A DNA stretch of 64,000 nt from positions 1 to 64,000 of IMG/VR virus record IMGVR_UViG_3300027896_000011. One strand, given 5' to 3'. The notes below the pieces were generated by a model. It did no database searches. It had not been told where the DNA came from and saw nothing but the letters and a program-made list of their open reading frames with translations. Source of the stretch: a virus. Both the position numbers and the translations under genes were made by a program. Of this stretch, positions 8,959-20,184 are shown piece by piece; within the stretch, counting starts at the first letter, position 1; each line of letters begins with the position of its first letter.

Positions 8959-11900
8959 ATGTCTACTGATACACTTCAAGACTTCATAGAAGCACGTTTA
9001 CGTGCCTATGACCCTTTAATTGATTTGAATCCTGGCTCCCCTGCGCAGGAACAGGTTGTGCAGCCTTTGTTAGATAGGTTTCAACCAGACCCGCTTGAGA
9101 TGAATGTTGAGGATTTTATAGTTACTAGACTGCAGCAAGAGCTGCCTGATATGAATACATCAGAGGGTACTGGTGTTCGTGATTTTTTGGTTAAACCAGA
9201 TCAAGTGCTCATAGACCCTATCATCAGAGAAGTTCAGCTTATCAAACAAGGACAATCATTACTCAATCCAGAACTCTTAGCTGATGCTGAAGCCGATGCG
9301 TTAGTGGCTAACTTTTTTATATCTAGAAATTTAGGGCAATTGGCTACTGGAAGGGTACGTCTGTATTTTAATGCTCCTATAGCTGTTAATATCACTATAG
9401 GAAATACATGTTATACAGCAGCTGGATTACGATTTTTGCCCACTACTCTTCAGAGTATTTCTGCAGAGGCGATGGCACTTAATCAATCTGGTAATCTTTA
9501 TTACTTTGATATTAACGTTACAGCAGAATCTGCTGGAGCGGATTACAATATTAGTGCCGGAGATATAGTAGGTATCACTAATCTTACTGTAGCAGTTCGG
9601 GTAACTAATTTAAATAAGTTCAGTAATGGACTAGTAGATGAAGATACTACTTCTCTTATTCAACGCGCACAGCAGAGTATAACTGAACGCTCACTAGTAG
9701 TGCCTAGGGGTACAATTGCTAGGCTGCAAGATCAGTTTAGCAACCTTTCTCAAATACAAGTTATAGGTACTTTAGACCCGGAGATGAATAGAGATATAGT
9801 TACCGGTGGGGATTTAGGAGAAATACTTTTATCAGGTAGTGATGGTTACGCGGAAGATGATGGTAAAGGGGGAACAACTACTACGCGTTTTAAGACATTA
9901 TTTGGTGATTTTACTGAGGTACTTAATATCGGCAGTGTTTCTGATGTGTATTTGATTACTAATGAGGTCGCATATGGGGCAGATGGAGAAGCGTGGGGTG
10001 TAGGGCGGTTCCATTGTGGGAGTATGGTATTTGCTGATGTAGATATAGGCGCTACTATAATTTTAGTACAGGCCGTTAACATACAGAATATGGGTGTCTT
10101 TCAAATTAGTGACGTATTTGGTATAAATACTATTGGTCTAAAAGATTCTGCTGGTTCTCAGTGGGTAGGTATTCCAGAGACTGGAGTATTTTGGGTGTTA
10201 CTTCGTGGGCAAAGACAAACATTAATTTCAGAGGTATTAAATACTAATGAGCTTTTATTGGCGGATAAAATATCTATTACGTCACATCCATTAGCTTGGA
10301 CTATCCGTCGTAAAGAATTAACTCTATCTAATATACCGGGGGGTATGTTGTTTGGTGACCAGACTAATACTATGCAGTCAAATGAGATTCATATTGGAGG
10401 GTGTACTGATTTTTATGTACGGGGTACAGATGTAACTTCTCAAACGTTGTTACTTACTGCTATAGAAGATGATTCTCCGTTAGTAGAGTCAAAAACTGGG
10501 CAAACTAATTATGTAACTAATTCCTTTTTATTTGATAATTTAGTTAATTTCGTTACTAGTGGTGTACTTCCCGGTATGCCGATGATTATTAAAAACGGTG
10601 TAAATGCTGGAACATATAAAATACTTCGTGTAGGTATAGATATTTATGGTAGTCACACTAGTATACAAGCAGCACATACTATACAGATTGACGTTACTGG
10701 GAGCCTATTTAGTGACTCAGTAGATGTGGCGGACAATAATTACGTTATTGTAAAAAGTATTACTGTGGATTTGATTAATCCACATACCATAAAGTGCTCT
10801 GGGGTATACGGGCAGTCTATACAAGCTAGTAAGGCATTTACTACCACAGATCTAGTAGATTTTGTTGCTTTAGGTGCTTCTGTAGGAGACGTATTACGTA
10901 TTAGAGAAGGTCTTGATGCAGGAGATTATTCAATCACTGCTTTTGCCGGTACAGGAAATAGAGATGTTTTGTTATCTAGAGCAACAGCGCATACTACATC
11001 AAATTTAAGCTGGCAGATATTTACAGCAAATATTGGTGTACAGCTTCCACTTGTTCGTGTGACGTCAATAGATTTACTAGATGGAGCAAACCAACCTACA
11101 GGTAACGTGATTCCTTATGCAGACCCAGTTGATGCAAGATCAACTGCTTTTTCTAATTCTGGACATGGGGTTAAGTTATCAGTATCAAATGCTCAATTAG
11201 GTATCATAGGAAATATAGATATAGCACATGATTTAAGTTATCCTCTTGCAGATTCTGCGATTTCTATTGAGGCTACTTATGGGGCATCCAATGCGGTTGC
11301 AAGTATTAATCTTAGTGGAGCAATTAATGCTGCAAGTATAGTCAATAAAATTAATGCTGTATTCCCAAATATTGCAAGCACAATTATAGAAGAGACTGTT
11401 AATACACCTACATATACTCATTTAACTCTTCGATCAAGTGATAGGTGGATACGTGTGATTGATGTGTCAGGAGTATCTGTAGGTCTGATAGCCGGGGATG
11501 ATAATAGACAAATTAAATCAAATGTAAATGATGTACAAATTGATTGGAATAGCAGTGTGTATGATTTGCGTCCAGCGATAGATGCTGTAAACATAACATC
11601 TGGAATAGACGTAGGATGTTTTTATTTAGTTGCGGTTAAAGAAGATAGGTTATTAGTAGTAGGTTTTGATGAGTCAAGCAAAGCAGTAAGATTTTTTAAT
11701 CCAAGTCTAAGTACGTCGTTGACAGTAGGTGTGCGTTCTACTGGCGTAGCTAGGGTTTACTTTCTAGAGCCGACGTCATTTGAAGTACGTGGGGCGTACC
11801 ATCCTGCATTAACTGATACTATAAGTAACCCAGCTAATAAAGCTATTAGTGAGTTTGCATCAGTATCAATTAATAGTGAGGAGCCGCCTGTTACGTATTT

Positions 11901-13287
11901 TACTGTAAATTTGAATGGATCAACATTACGCTATATCCCAGATCCATCTTTATCATACACAATAATTCCTACAGTAGATGCAGCTCCGCCTAATAATCTG
12001 ACGATTTCAACAACTGGTAATGCTACATCGGAAGTTGCGCCTTCTGGTACGCTCGGAAAGATGGGACGTAGTCCTCAAGTAAATTTTTTGGCTAATTTAG
12101 TAAAAGTGGGGGATTTAATCGATATTACCTACCAACCACTACAAGGTACAAATGATCTAACAGCATTATTAGCTGCGACACCAACAGCGTTGGTGAATAA
12201 GTATATGACTTTGAAAATAGATGGATCTAGTAAGACTATAAGATTTACTAGTGATGCTATTACTACGAGTAAGATTGCTACAGAGATTAATAATGCTGTA
12301 GGAATGGAGATAGCGTTTATAGACATAATTAATGCTGGAGAATATATTCGATTAGAAGCAGACGTACGAGTACTTATTGTGGCTGGGGATGCAATCAATG
12401 GTGCTTTATTAGGACTTGATTCTGTTTTAGATAACTTATCCTTAGCTGCAGAGTTTAATCCATATACTGTTTTTGAACAGAGATTTATGCAGATTCAGTT
12501 AAATCCATATACAATACAGATTAGAGATGTGAATGGTAATTTACCTTCAATAGTTTCAGGAAGAGAACAAGCACATCATTTTTCTATTCGTAAAGCAGGT
12601 ATGCAAAGAGTTCATTCAACTCTCATGGCCAAACAAACAGAAAATGGACTTTATTATGTAGACATAGAACTCATTTCTGATGGGTCTGGGGACGCATGGA
12701 ATATTCCAGCAGATATGCGCTTTATTGTTACTGGATATACATCGGATGGGTATAAGCTTGTTGTAGCAGATTCGAATTTAAGTTATTCAATGCTTGAACA
12801 AGTAAAGATGGTTCTATCAAGAAGTATTTTAGCTGTAGGTCAGTCTGATACTCCAACTGCGGCTATTACGTTAACCGATCAAAATATTCAAGTGAACTAT
12901 GAGAATTCAAGTATCGTTAAGAATATACAGTCGTTTACTTCAGCGGATTTGGATAGAGTATTAACAGCAAGTATCTTAGTGCGGCACTTACAGCCAGCTT
13001 ATGTTAGTTTTGATTTAGATTACACGGGTGGTTCTTCTGAAGATGTTGTAAGAGCAGATATTGAAAGTTATCTTGCAGCTCTCACTCCAAATGAGCGTGT
13101 AGAATCCTCTAGTGTGCAGGATAAACCTAAGCGTAGAGGAGCATCATTTGTTTCTAATCCGATCACACTGTTAGCAATATCACATGATGAAAATAGGAAT
13201 ATAGTAGTAGAGAGGTCTACTAATTACGTATCTCATAGTAGACTGTCTACCTTCTTCCCCGGTGTGATCAATATCCAAAAGACCTAA
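8959..13287 (+). CDS. Baseplate J / gp6-like wedge protein with large inserted domains
   Basis: N-terminal ATGRVRLYF, VTAESAGADYNI, VTNLNKFSNGLVDEDTTSLIQRA (baseplate J pattern); C-terminal QPAYVSFDLDY...IESYLAAL. Confidence 0.75.
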   Translation: MSTDTLQDFIEARLRAYDPLIDLNPGSPAQEQVVQPLLDRFQPDPLEMNVEDFIVTRLQQELPDMNTSEGTGVRDFLVKPDQVLIDPIIREVQLIKQGQSLLNPELLADAEADALVANFFISRNLGQLATGRVRLYFNAPIAVNITIGNTCYTAAGLRFLPTTLQSISAEAMALNQSGNLYYFDINVTAESAGADYNISAGDIVGITNLTVAVRVTNLNKFSNGLVDEDTTSLIQRAQQSITERSLVVPRGTIARLQDQFSNLSQIQVIGTLDPEMNRDIVTGGDLGEILLSGSDGYAEDDGKGGTTTTRFKTLFGDFTEVLNIGSVSDVYLITNEVAYGADGEAWGVGRFHCGSMVFADVDIGATIILVQAVNIQNMGVFQISDVFGINTIGLKDSAGSQWVGIPETGVFWVLLRGQRQTLISEVLNTNELLLADKISITSHPLAWTIRRKELTLSNIPGGMLFGDQTNTMQSNEIHIGGCTDFYVRGTDVTSQTLLLTAIEDDSPLVESKTGQTNYVTNSFLFDNLVNFVTSGVLPGMPMIIKNGVNAGTYKILRVGIDIYGSHTSIQAAHTIQIDVTGSLFSDSVDVADNNYVIVKSITVDLINPHTIKCSGVYGQSIQASKAFTTTDLVDFVALGASVGDVLRIREGLDAGDYSITAFAGTGNRDVLLSRATAHTTSNLSWQIFTANIGVQLPLVRVTSIDLLDGANQPTGNVIPYADPVDARSTAFSNSGHGVKLSVSNAQLGIIGNIDIAHDLSYPLADSAISIEATYGASNAVASINLSGAINAASIVNKINAVFPNIASTIIEETVNTPTYTHLTLRSSDRWIRVIDVSGVSVGLIAGDDNRQIKSNVNDVQIDWNSSVYDLRPAIDAVNITSGIDVGCFYLVAVKEDRLLVVGFDESSKAVRFFNPSLSTSLTVGVRSTGVARVYFLEPTSFEVRGAYHPALTDTISNPANKAISEFASVSINSEEPPVTYFTVNLNGSTLRYIPDPSLSYTIIPTVDAAPPNNLTISTTGNATSEVAPSGTLGKMGRSPQVNFLANLVKVGDLIDITYQPLQGTNDLTALLAATPTALVNKYMTLKIDGSSKTIRFTSDAITTSKIATEINNAVGMEIAFIDIINAGEYIRLEADVRVLIVAGDAINGALLGLDSVLDNLSLAAEFNPYTVFEQRFMQIQLNPYTIQIRDVNGNLPSIVSGREQAHHFSIRKAGMQRVHSTLMAKQTENGLYYVDIELISDGSGDAWNIPADMRFIVTGYTSDGYKLVVADSNLSYSMLEQVKMVLSRSILAVGQSDTPTAAITLTDQNIQVNYENSSIVKNIQSFTSADLDRVLTASILVRHLQPAYVSFDLDYTGGSSEDVVRADIESYLAALTPNERVESSSVQDKPKRRGASFVSNPITLLAISHDENRNIVVERSTNYVSHSRLSTFFPGVINIQKT

Positions 13288-13625
13288 TCTTCTGGACCGT
13301 CTATAAGAGGGACAGTAGGAACAAATGCTTTACCTAAGTTACCCATTTTCAAAAGGATATTAGTGTGTGGGTCAAAAAGGCATTCGCAGTCTTTACATTT
13401 AAGGAGGAATCTAGGTAGCGGATCTTCTGGAATAAACAAGGTTTTGGGGTTTGCAACCTTAGTGAAAGTGCCCCCTCCACAACGTAAACATTGTCGGCTT
13501 TTATAAAAAGCATCTCGCTTTTCAACAAGGGGGCCGAGAATGTCTTTTTTACCTTCGAGTAGTTTTATCGTTATGCGTGGGTCTGCAGGTTTTAAATCCA
13601 TTGACCTAGAGTACCGTGTCAACAT
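13284..13625 (-). CDS. Small zinc-ribbon protein
   Basis: CLRCGG and CKDCE pairs; fills the gap between two + strand genes. Confidence 0.6.
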   Translation of the reverse strand: MLTRYSRSMDLKPADPRITIKLLEGKKDILGPLVEKRDAFYKSRQCLRCGGGTFTKVANPKTLFIPEDPLPRFLLKCKDCECLFDPHTNILLKMGNLGKAFVPTVPLIDGPED

Positions 13626-13682
13626 ACACTTTGTCGAGGCCTCAATGTGCTTACGAATAACAATTAGGCAGGAATACTAACC

Positions 13683-16574
13683 ATGGCAGGTTGGGGCTCA
13701 GGTTTATGGGGCGGTATGTTATGGGGGGCAGGAACCACCGAACGGGTCTTGCATATTCCTACTTCTTCCGACTTTACTCTTGCGGATGTAAGTGGGACGC
13801 AGCTAGCTCCATTTGTTTCATACGTAGAGGTAAATGCTACTAATGGTGTTCCTTGGATAACCTATGACGCTTTAACGCAGCAGTTAGTTCTTACTAGTAA
13901 CGCAGATATTTATACTTCTACTCAGATACAGGTCCCAACAACTAATACTTGGACATTAGAAGTAACCTTTCAGCCGTTATCATTGCCGACTGGGTTTACT
14001 AATTTAAACGCAAATAGATTATTTTTTGGGGCGTTCAATGCACAAGGACTTGGCGGAGGAATAGTTGTATCTCGAGAAGGTATAGCTATTGTAGATATTC
14101 TCACTGGGACGGCTTTTTCAATTCCTGGTAGTCAGAATCTTATAGCTGAGGGGGCAGATCTTTATACGTTGCGCATTGTTATGCTCGATGAAAAGATGAA
14201 CGTCTATATCACTAAAACGAGCTTACTTCCTATTAGTGGGCACGTTTTAAGATATACCGTTTATGCCTCTAATTCTCCAGCAGGAATTAGCGATGGCATG
14301 CTTATAGACCTACAGGGGTCTACTGCTAAAGATGTAACGATTGTTGCTAATGCAGTTAGATTCAGCAATCTTGCTTTGATTCCAAATAACAGGCCTATAG
14401 CAGTTCCTGGAGCGGATAGTGTTATAGCCTTAGGTTCTCTTGCTAATTTTGATGGGTCTGCAAGTTATGACCCGGAAGGGGAACCAGTAACATATTTGTG
14501 GTCCTTAATTGGAGTCACAAATGAAACAGTATTTAAAATTAATGGCACGGGGGGCAATAGCCCAGTAGGACATCCATATCTTTGGGCAGTAAGTAGTGAT
14601 GTTTTTAGCTCAACAGCTGCTCCTTTACTTCAACCTGGAGATACGCTTGTAGTTAGTGATGTGGCGTATACTGTGGCTATAGGAGAGCCTGGGCAGCCAC
14701 CTATGTGGGAAATTACTCCTAATTCGTTAGGTAAGTATTTGAGGGTATCTGGGGTATGGTCTGATGATACTATAGCTTTAACAGCACCTATAGCGCATAC
14801 TGCAACGAGCAGATCTTGGGCATTGTATTACTCTGCTACTTTCTTTAACGATCAAACTAGAGGAGTTACTTTTGCTACTCCTGATGTTGTAGGAGCGTAT
14901 AAAGTACAGTTAGTAGTTAATGATGGTCAGTTAGATAGTTTACCTGCGTGGCTTCTTGTAGATGTTTCTTTTACAGCAGCTACGTTAGGGGTGATTCCAG
15001 ATGTAAGTTGGATTTGGAGTCATCTTACAGATTTTATGAATCTATTAGAAGACCGGGATGTAGTAGAGAGGGTATGGTCTGGTTTTGCTCAAGGTGCAGC
15101 TAATGTTCTTATGACTGCCTGGCAAATTGATTATAATAAGAGTCTTAAAGACATTCAGAAGGTTTTTCAAAAGCGATGGCTTTCTTATCAGTTATTGGTA
15201 GCAGTAGATAACGATGCTGTTATTAGTGGAAATACTGTAACGACAGCAGCTTACGATCTTACAGTTTTTAAAGTACAGGCAGGAGATTTCGCTAAGTTTC
15301 AAGTAACGTCTACTGTTACAGGGTATATTCAATACGTTGTATGTCCTATACTTTCTGCTGGGCAGTATTCTTTTCAGTTTAATACTACTCCATTAGATCT
15401 GGTGTACGCTGGGTACTCGAGTAACTACACTGTTGTATTTTTTGGGGTATTAAAAGCTACTGTTTTACCAGTTTCTCCTTTAGTTGTGAATATTCCCCGA
15501 CTACAAGAGATTATTGTAGACCCACCATCATATCTTACGCAAAATCAAGATTATCATATTGATCGAACTAGTCATGTTGGCTATGTTGATATTGTATTTG
15601 AGCCAAATACGTATACGACATTAGATTATCCTCCGGATAAGTTATGGGCAGAAATTACGTATCTTGATAACAATCTTACTATCGAAGCTAATTTTGGCAG
15701 TCTAGTAGATTTAACGATAGAGGATTTTGTAAACAATACTGCGCAGTCAGTAGATAAGATTGACTATCTTTCTGCTGTTCGTGGATTATGGTATGCGTAC
15801 TTTGGTGGTCCTTCTTTTCAGAAGGTACAAGTAGGGACTCAGATTCTTTTAGGTCTTCCTTTTGCGGAGGAAGAGGGAATAGTTAGGACATTAGATCTGA
15901 ATTTTAGTCCTACTATGGGTAGGATGTTTCTAGAGGATGTTAAAGATAATACAGTAGTACGTGGTTACACGTTTGATTTGATCCCAGATCATAAGGAAGA
16001 TAGCGTAGCAATTAATACGCGTACCGGATCACCAATAAAAGTAGGAGATACGATTGGGCAGTTTGAGCCTCTTTGTAAGGGAGTTGAAGTAATAGATTAT
16101 GTAAAAGATCTTATGTGGCCTGCATCATATAGCGGGTCATTTAAAGAAATACAAAAGTTTTTCATGTTTTTGGTCAGAGTGAATGTAGATGTATTTGACC
16201 AGAAAAATCTAATTTTCGCTCTGAACTTCATTCGTAAGATCAAGCCCCACTACACACATCTATTGTTTGCTGTGCTTAAGGACGTAGACAGATGTGAGAT
16301 TGATATTCAAGAATATACCAATATGACCGTCTATCGACGGGTAGTAACATCTACAGATACAAAGAATATTGGCGGATATAGATGGGATGATAATATAGCT
16401 GGTGATTCTTTTGTCTCACCATATGCTTCTCTTAAAACAGATGGAGAAACATTTCAACATTATGATGCAGATATACCATTCTTACATGATCGACCAATTT
16501 TATTTCCTAATTCGATAGTGAGTATATACCTACATCAGATCAGCACCGATATCTATACTTTGATCGATTTATAA
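13683..16574 (+). CDS. Baseplate/tail protein with LamG-like and PKD-like domains
   Basis: WTLEVTFQP (LamG-like), FDGSASYDPEGEPVTYLWSL and GAYKVQLVVNDG (PKD), C-terminal FIRKIKPHYT (tail protein I/gp7-like). Confidence 0.65.
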   Translation: MAGWGSGLWGGMLWGAGTTERVLHIPTSSDFTLADVSGTQLAPFVSYVEVNATNGVPWITYDALTQQLVLTSNADIYTSTQIQVPTTNTWTLEVTFQPLSLPTGFTNLNANRLFFGAFNAQGLGGGIVVSREGIAIVDILTGTAFSIPGSQNLIAEGADLYTLRIVMLDEKMNVYITKTSLLPISGHVLRYTVYASNSPAGISDGMLIDLQGSTAKDVTIVANAVRFSNLALIPNNRPIAVPGADSVIALGSLANFDGSASYDPEGEPVTYLWSLIGVTNETVFKINGTGGNSPVGHPYLWAVSSDVFSSTAAPLLQPGDTLVVSDVAYTVAIGEPGQPPMWEITPNSLGKYLRVSGVWSDDTIALTAPIAHTATSRSWALYYSATFFNDQTRGVTFATPDVVGAYKVQLVVNDGQLDSLPAWLLVDVSFTAATLGVIPDVSWIWSHLTDFMNLLEDRDVVERVWSGFAQGAANVLMTAWQIDYNKSLKDIQKVFQKRWLSYQLLVAVDNDAVISGNTVTTAAYDLTVFKVQAGDFAKFQVTSTVTGYIQYVVCPILSAGQYSFQFNTTPLDLVYAGYSSNYTVVFFGVLKATVLPVSPLVVNIPRLQEIIVDPPSYLTQNQDYHIDRTSHVGYVDIVFEPNTYTTLDYPPDKLWAEITYLDNNLTIEANFGSLVDLTIEDFVNNTAQSVDKIDYLSAVRGLWYAYFGGPSFQKVQVGTQILLGLPFAEEEGIVRTLDLNFSPTMGRMFLEDVKDNTVVRGYTFDLIPDHKEDSVAINTRTGSPIKVGDTIGQFEPLCKGVEVIDYVKDLMWPASYSGSFKEIQKFFMFLVRVNVDVFDQKNLIFALNFIRKIKPHYTHLLFAVLKDVDRCEIDIQEYTNMTVYRRVVTSTDTKNIGGYRWDDNIAGDSFVSPYASLKTDGETFQHYDADIPFLHDRPILFPNSIVSIYLHQISTDIYTLIDL

Positions 16575-16592
16575 TATTAATGATGTATACCG

Positions 16593-16621
16593 TAGACAGT
16601 GTTGGCTATAAGTTCTATAAG
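16593..16621 (+). promoter_or_regulatory. Possible promoter TAGACA-N17-TATAAG
   Basis: Lies in the intergenic gap before the 16651 gene, with canonical spacing. Confidence 0.35.
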
Positions 16622-16650
16622 TGCGCTATACTGCATAATGAGAGGTACTA

Positions 16651-17343
16651 ATGTTTTCTACTTGCATACACGCCAAATCGAATATGTTCTTAACCGCGAG
16701 AGAGCGTGGGAAGTTGGTGCCTGCAATGTGCAGGGAAAGCCATAACATATGGGTAGATCTTGGTAAGATGTTCCTACCATATGTCATTTCACCTACTGCA
16801 GGTTTTGCTGGACGGGTGGATAATAGCGTTATCAAATACATAGGCTTTGGTATCGGCGGAAATAAACAAACAGTAGATATTGCTACTTTATATCCGACGC
16901 TAAATGCAGATTATCCAGGACAAAAAACTTATGATAAAGAGACGCATACCATCACTACTTTAGAGCGTCCAGTGCTTGTAACAGGTACTGGTGGGTCAGG
17001 AGGTAGTGGCACTTGGGCAGGAACAGTAACCGCTCCGCCGACTTTTATTTCTCCTAACAATGATGGAATAAATTCTACAGTAGAGTTTATTACTGCTATA
17101 AATGAACAAGCTGTCAATCTAAGTGGAGCATACCCCGCAGTACCGCTTAGTGAGGCTGCTTTGATCTTATCTAGCCAAGTAAATAGTATAGTTGGGGCAG
17201 CTACTGCTAGTGTGTATGACTATTCAGATCCTCCTGGGTACATTGGAGCAGGCAGAGCTACATTAGTGGCATACAACAACTTTGCGCCGGTAACAAAGAC
17301 AACAGATATAGCTTTTGAACTACGTTGGCTTTTAGAGTTCTAG
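16651..17343 (+). CDS. Baseplate/tail-fibre attachment protein
   Basis: HNIWVDLG, IGFGIGG, SEAAL and FAPVTKT...ELRW pattern seen in proteins preceding myophage tail fibres. Confidence 0.55.
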   Translation: MFSTCIHAKSNMFLTARERGKLVPAMCRESHNIWVDLGKMFLPYVISPTAGFAGRVDNSVIKYIGFGIGGNKQTVDIATLYPTLNADYPGQKTYDKETHTITTLERPVLVTGTGGSGGSGTWAGTVTAPPTFISPNNDGINSTVEFITAINEQAVNLSGAYPAVPLSEAALILSSQVNSIVGAATASVYDYSDPPGYIGAGRATLVAYNNFAPVTKTTDIAFELRWLLEF

Positions 17344-17352
17344 GAGATAATT

Positions 17353-19242
17353 ATGGCAACTGGACTTCCATTTCCGCATGGTGATGGCCCTGGGCAAATA
17401 GGTCACCAGGCGGATATAAGTAAAACTGATACTCCTACTTCTACTGGAGGCAGGTTCGTAGGTTTTGCAGAAATAGGTACCTCAGCTATATCTAATCGAG
17501 CAGCTTGGGCTCTATCTACTAATATCAATTACTTGTATGAGAAGGTTGTTGCTAATTCTTTAGCTGTTAATACAAGTGTAAGATTCACTTCAGTAGGAAT
17601 AACTTCATATACTTTAAATGGAGTTGTTTTCTGCGGAGATAATACATACCCAGGTGATGCAGAAGGATTACGTGCTCTTTTTTCAGTAGTAGATTTAATG
17701 GGCAATAGCCTTTTAGACACTTCTGGAAATGTAGTAGGTATTTATTCCGTTGTAGGTGGCTCTAATAGTAGTGTTTACAAACAAGGATTCATTACGAATC
17801 CTAAAGTATATTTTTGTACGTATGATATTTATGGCAATGTAGCAATATCGCCTTACACAATACCAAATAGTACTGTATTGCGATTGATTTATTCTGTACA
17901 GAGTTCCTTAGAGAGTCTACCTACGGATGCACTAACTAGGTATGTTTCACTTGGAATTGAAGACGCATTTCCTCTTGGTGTTGTATTACAAGATGGCACT
18001 AGGGCAATGACAGGGAATTTAAATATAGGTAGCCACAACATATATAATTGTCAGGTTATGAATAGTACAGCTGTGAATTGTACTAATGTGACTTGTTCAG
18101 ATATATTTGGATTAAATACAGGCGCTATTCTGAAAGCGAATAACGTTTTTACCATAACACCTACGCAAGGAACGGTAGCAACACTTACAGCTAAGTATAC
18201 TGTTAATCCTGCAGAGTCTGGTATAGTAAAAGATCTCGCTAAGCTCAGTTTAGCTGGAGGTGACGCATACACATCACGTTCTTCTATTACTTTGCAGGGC
18301 AACCCAAAGAGTGGAACATCTAAAACACGTGTATTGTGGAATGTAACTGATACTACACAAACGCCATTGGGGATGACGCTTGTATTTGATCCTACAAATC
18401 TTTATTTTGGTCCTTATGACCAAACATCCTCAAATATGTCCCTAGGAAATCAGGATCATCCTTGGTCTACGTTATGTGCTAATCTTGTAAATGCAACGAC
18501 TGCAGTTATTATTGATAGTCTTGTAGTCAATTTTGATCATTTACAAGTAGAGGATAAAAATGTTGAATATTTTTATAGACTGCCCTCTCCGCAAGATTAT
18601 CATTTTATGCAAGATTTTGGTAATGCGTCATTAAATGTAATTACTGGTGGGGGAGATATGTATGTGTCTGCTATTGATGATGCATTTTATGTGTGGACTG
18701 AAATGAATGGGCAACAACCATCTCAAGTGATGGCAACTTCACCTGTATTTGGGCGAAGTACTTTAGCAATGATAAACCCAAGTCTGTTTGGTTCATATCA
18801 AGCAAGTATTGTAGGACCGACTATAATCTCACCAAATAATAATTTTTTTACTTTACGTACAAGTATATGCTTTGGGACTGATATAGGGAATAAAGGTTGT
18901 CTTTTAGGATTTTATTATGATGTGTATACGAATCTTCATGCAGTGGAAATAAGTATTTCTAGTACTCATATTGTAGCTAGAACGTATAATAGGGCAGGTG
19001 CAGTCACAAATACACAATCATGGTATGGAGCACCACCAACTTCACAGTTTATCGATATTACTATAGCGTTTACGCCATCTAATGTTTCATTATATACTTC
19101 TCATGGGGAATATGTAGAGTTTGCATTTGTTCCAACACAAAGTAATCCCTTAACTCCAATATTGACTGCAACGAATGGTCCAATATCGGTGGATTATATA
19201 GAGTTATACTCTGAAGGGCATTTAGTACGCCCAGCTTGGTAA
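17353..19242 (+). CDS. Tail fibre / receptor-binding protein
   Basis: Fibre motif DGTRAMTGNLNIGSHNIYN; Thr/Ser/Asn-rich; C-terminal lectin-like beta domain. Confidence 0.65.
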   Translation: MATGLPFPHGDGPGQIGHQADISKTDTPTSTGGRFVGFAEIGTSAISNRAAWALSTNINYLYEKVVANSLAVNTSVRFTSVGITSYTLNGVVFCGDNTYPGDAEGLRALFSVVDLMGNSLLDTSGNVVGIYSVVGGSNSSVYKQGFITNPKVYFCTYDIYGNVAISPYTIPNSTVLRLIYSVQSSLESLPTDALTRYVSLGIEDAFPLGVVLQDGTRAMTGNLNIGSHNIYNCQVMNSTAVNCTNVTCSDIFGLNTGAILKANNVFTITPTQGTVATLTAKYTVNPAESGIVKDLAKLSLAGGDAYTSRSSITLQGNPKSGTSKTRVLWNVTDTTQTPLGMTLVFDPTNLYFGPYDQTSSNMSLGNQDHPWSTLCANLVNATTAVIIDSLVVNFDHLQVEDKNVEYFYRLPSPQDYHFMQDFGNASLNVITGGGDMYVSAIDDAFYVWTEMNGQQPSQVMATSPVFGRSTLAMINPSLFGSYQASIVGPTIISPNNNFFTLRTSICFGTDIGNKGCLLGFYYDVYTNLHAVEISISSTHIVARTYNRAGAVTNTQSWYGAPPTSQFIDITIAFTPSNVSLYTSHGEYVEFAFVPTQSNPLTPILTATNGPISVDYIELYSEGHLVRPAW

Positions 19243-19243
19243 C

Positions 19244-20158
19244 ATGTCAACTAAACTTCTTAAGCCTCGTGTAATTGCAGAGCCCTTTAGTGAGAACCAA
19301 GCTCAAAGTGTGCCTGGGGCTCAACTTATGGGTACTCGCATGGACGCCATTCAAGGGGATGCTGCTGGAGCAGTAGAAAAGGGTGCTGACTTCGATGGTG
19401 GAGGGTTCTTAGGTGACGGTACTAAATTACAACCAGCCTTGAATAGAATTTGGAAAGTAGGGCATGTAGTTAAACGTGCGATGTATTCTACATACGGCAT
19501 AGAAGATATGGACGCTACATATCAAAGTCGTCTTAATCCTGCTATTAAAGATAATAGAGCTACAGACGCTGGTACTCGAGAAACCTCTTTAACTCGCCGG
19601 GGAGATGATATACCGATAGATGTAGCGCATACAGACCAAAGTCACCTAGGTCCTATTAATCCAGGCGGTAATCTACAGACCACATCAGATGTAGGAGTGC
19701 AAGGGGCCGGAGTAGGTACAGGAGAGATGGAAGATAATCCTGTAACTGAGGTAGAAGAGGCAGGGCCACAAAGAGCTCGTATAAGGCAAGCTAAGGGGCT
19801 TGATAAGCGAGCTGCAGTGGCTAAGGCATGGATAGCCACCCAAACCTCTCCGGCGTTATCAAAGCTCGCACAGGTGCTGCAGGAGCGAGCTTATGATGCT
19901 ATGGATGCTGGTCCTGAACCCCCTTATGAGGGTCCTCCTATACGTTTCAAGATGCCAGGGCAAGTAAGACCAATGCATAAGGAGAGTGATGCAGAGGCTC
20001 AGCCGGGAAGAATAGAAGCAGCTACACAGGCTATGTTTGAGCCATTAGAGCCGATACAGTCGTCTAATCCTCTTGCGGAAGTAAAGAGAGACGTACTTGA
20101 TACTCGTAAAGCTGTTAAACTGGTCCGGAAGATATTAAATGATCAGCCGTTAATTTAA
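19244..20158 (+). CDS. Hypothetical low-complexity protein with K-x-A motifs
   Basis: 304-aa ORF with KRA and KLA motifs. Confidence 0.55.
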   Translation: MSTKLLKPRVIAEPFSENQAQSVPGAQLMGTRMDAIQGDAAGAVEKGADFDGGGFLGDGTKLQPALNRIWKVGHVVKRAMYSTYGIEDMDATYQSRLNPAIKDNRATDAGTRETSLTRRGDDIPIDVAHTDQSHLGPINPGGNLQTTSDVGVQGAGVGTGEMEDNPVTEVEEAGPQRARIRQAKGLDKRAAVAKAWIATQTSPALSKLAQVLQERAYDAMDAGPEPPYEGPPIRFKMPGQVRPMHKESDAEAQPGRIEAATQAMFEPLEPIQSSNPLAEVKRDVLDTRKAVKLVRKILNDQPLI

Positions 20159-20163
20159 TGGCT

Positions 20164-20184
20164 AAGAAAAACCCAGGTGGGTTT
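20164..20184 (-). terminator. Intrinsic terminator
   Basis: Minus strand AAACCC-ACCT-GGGTTT followed by TTCTT. Confidence 0.6.
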
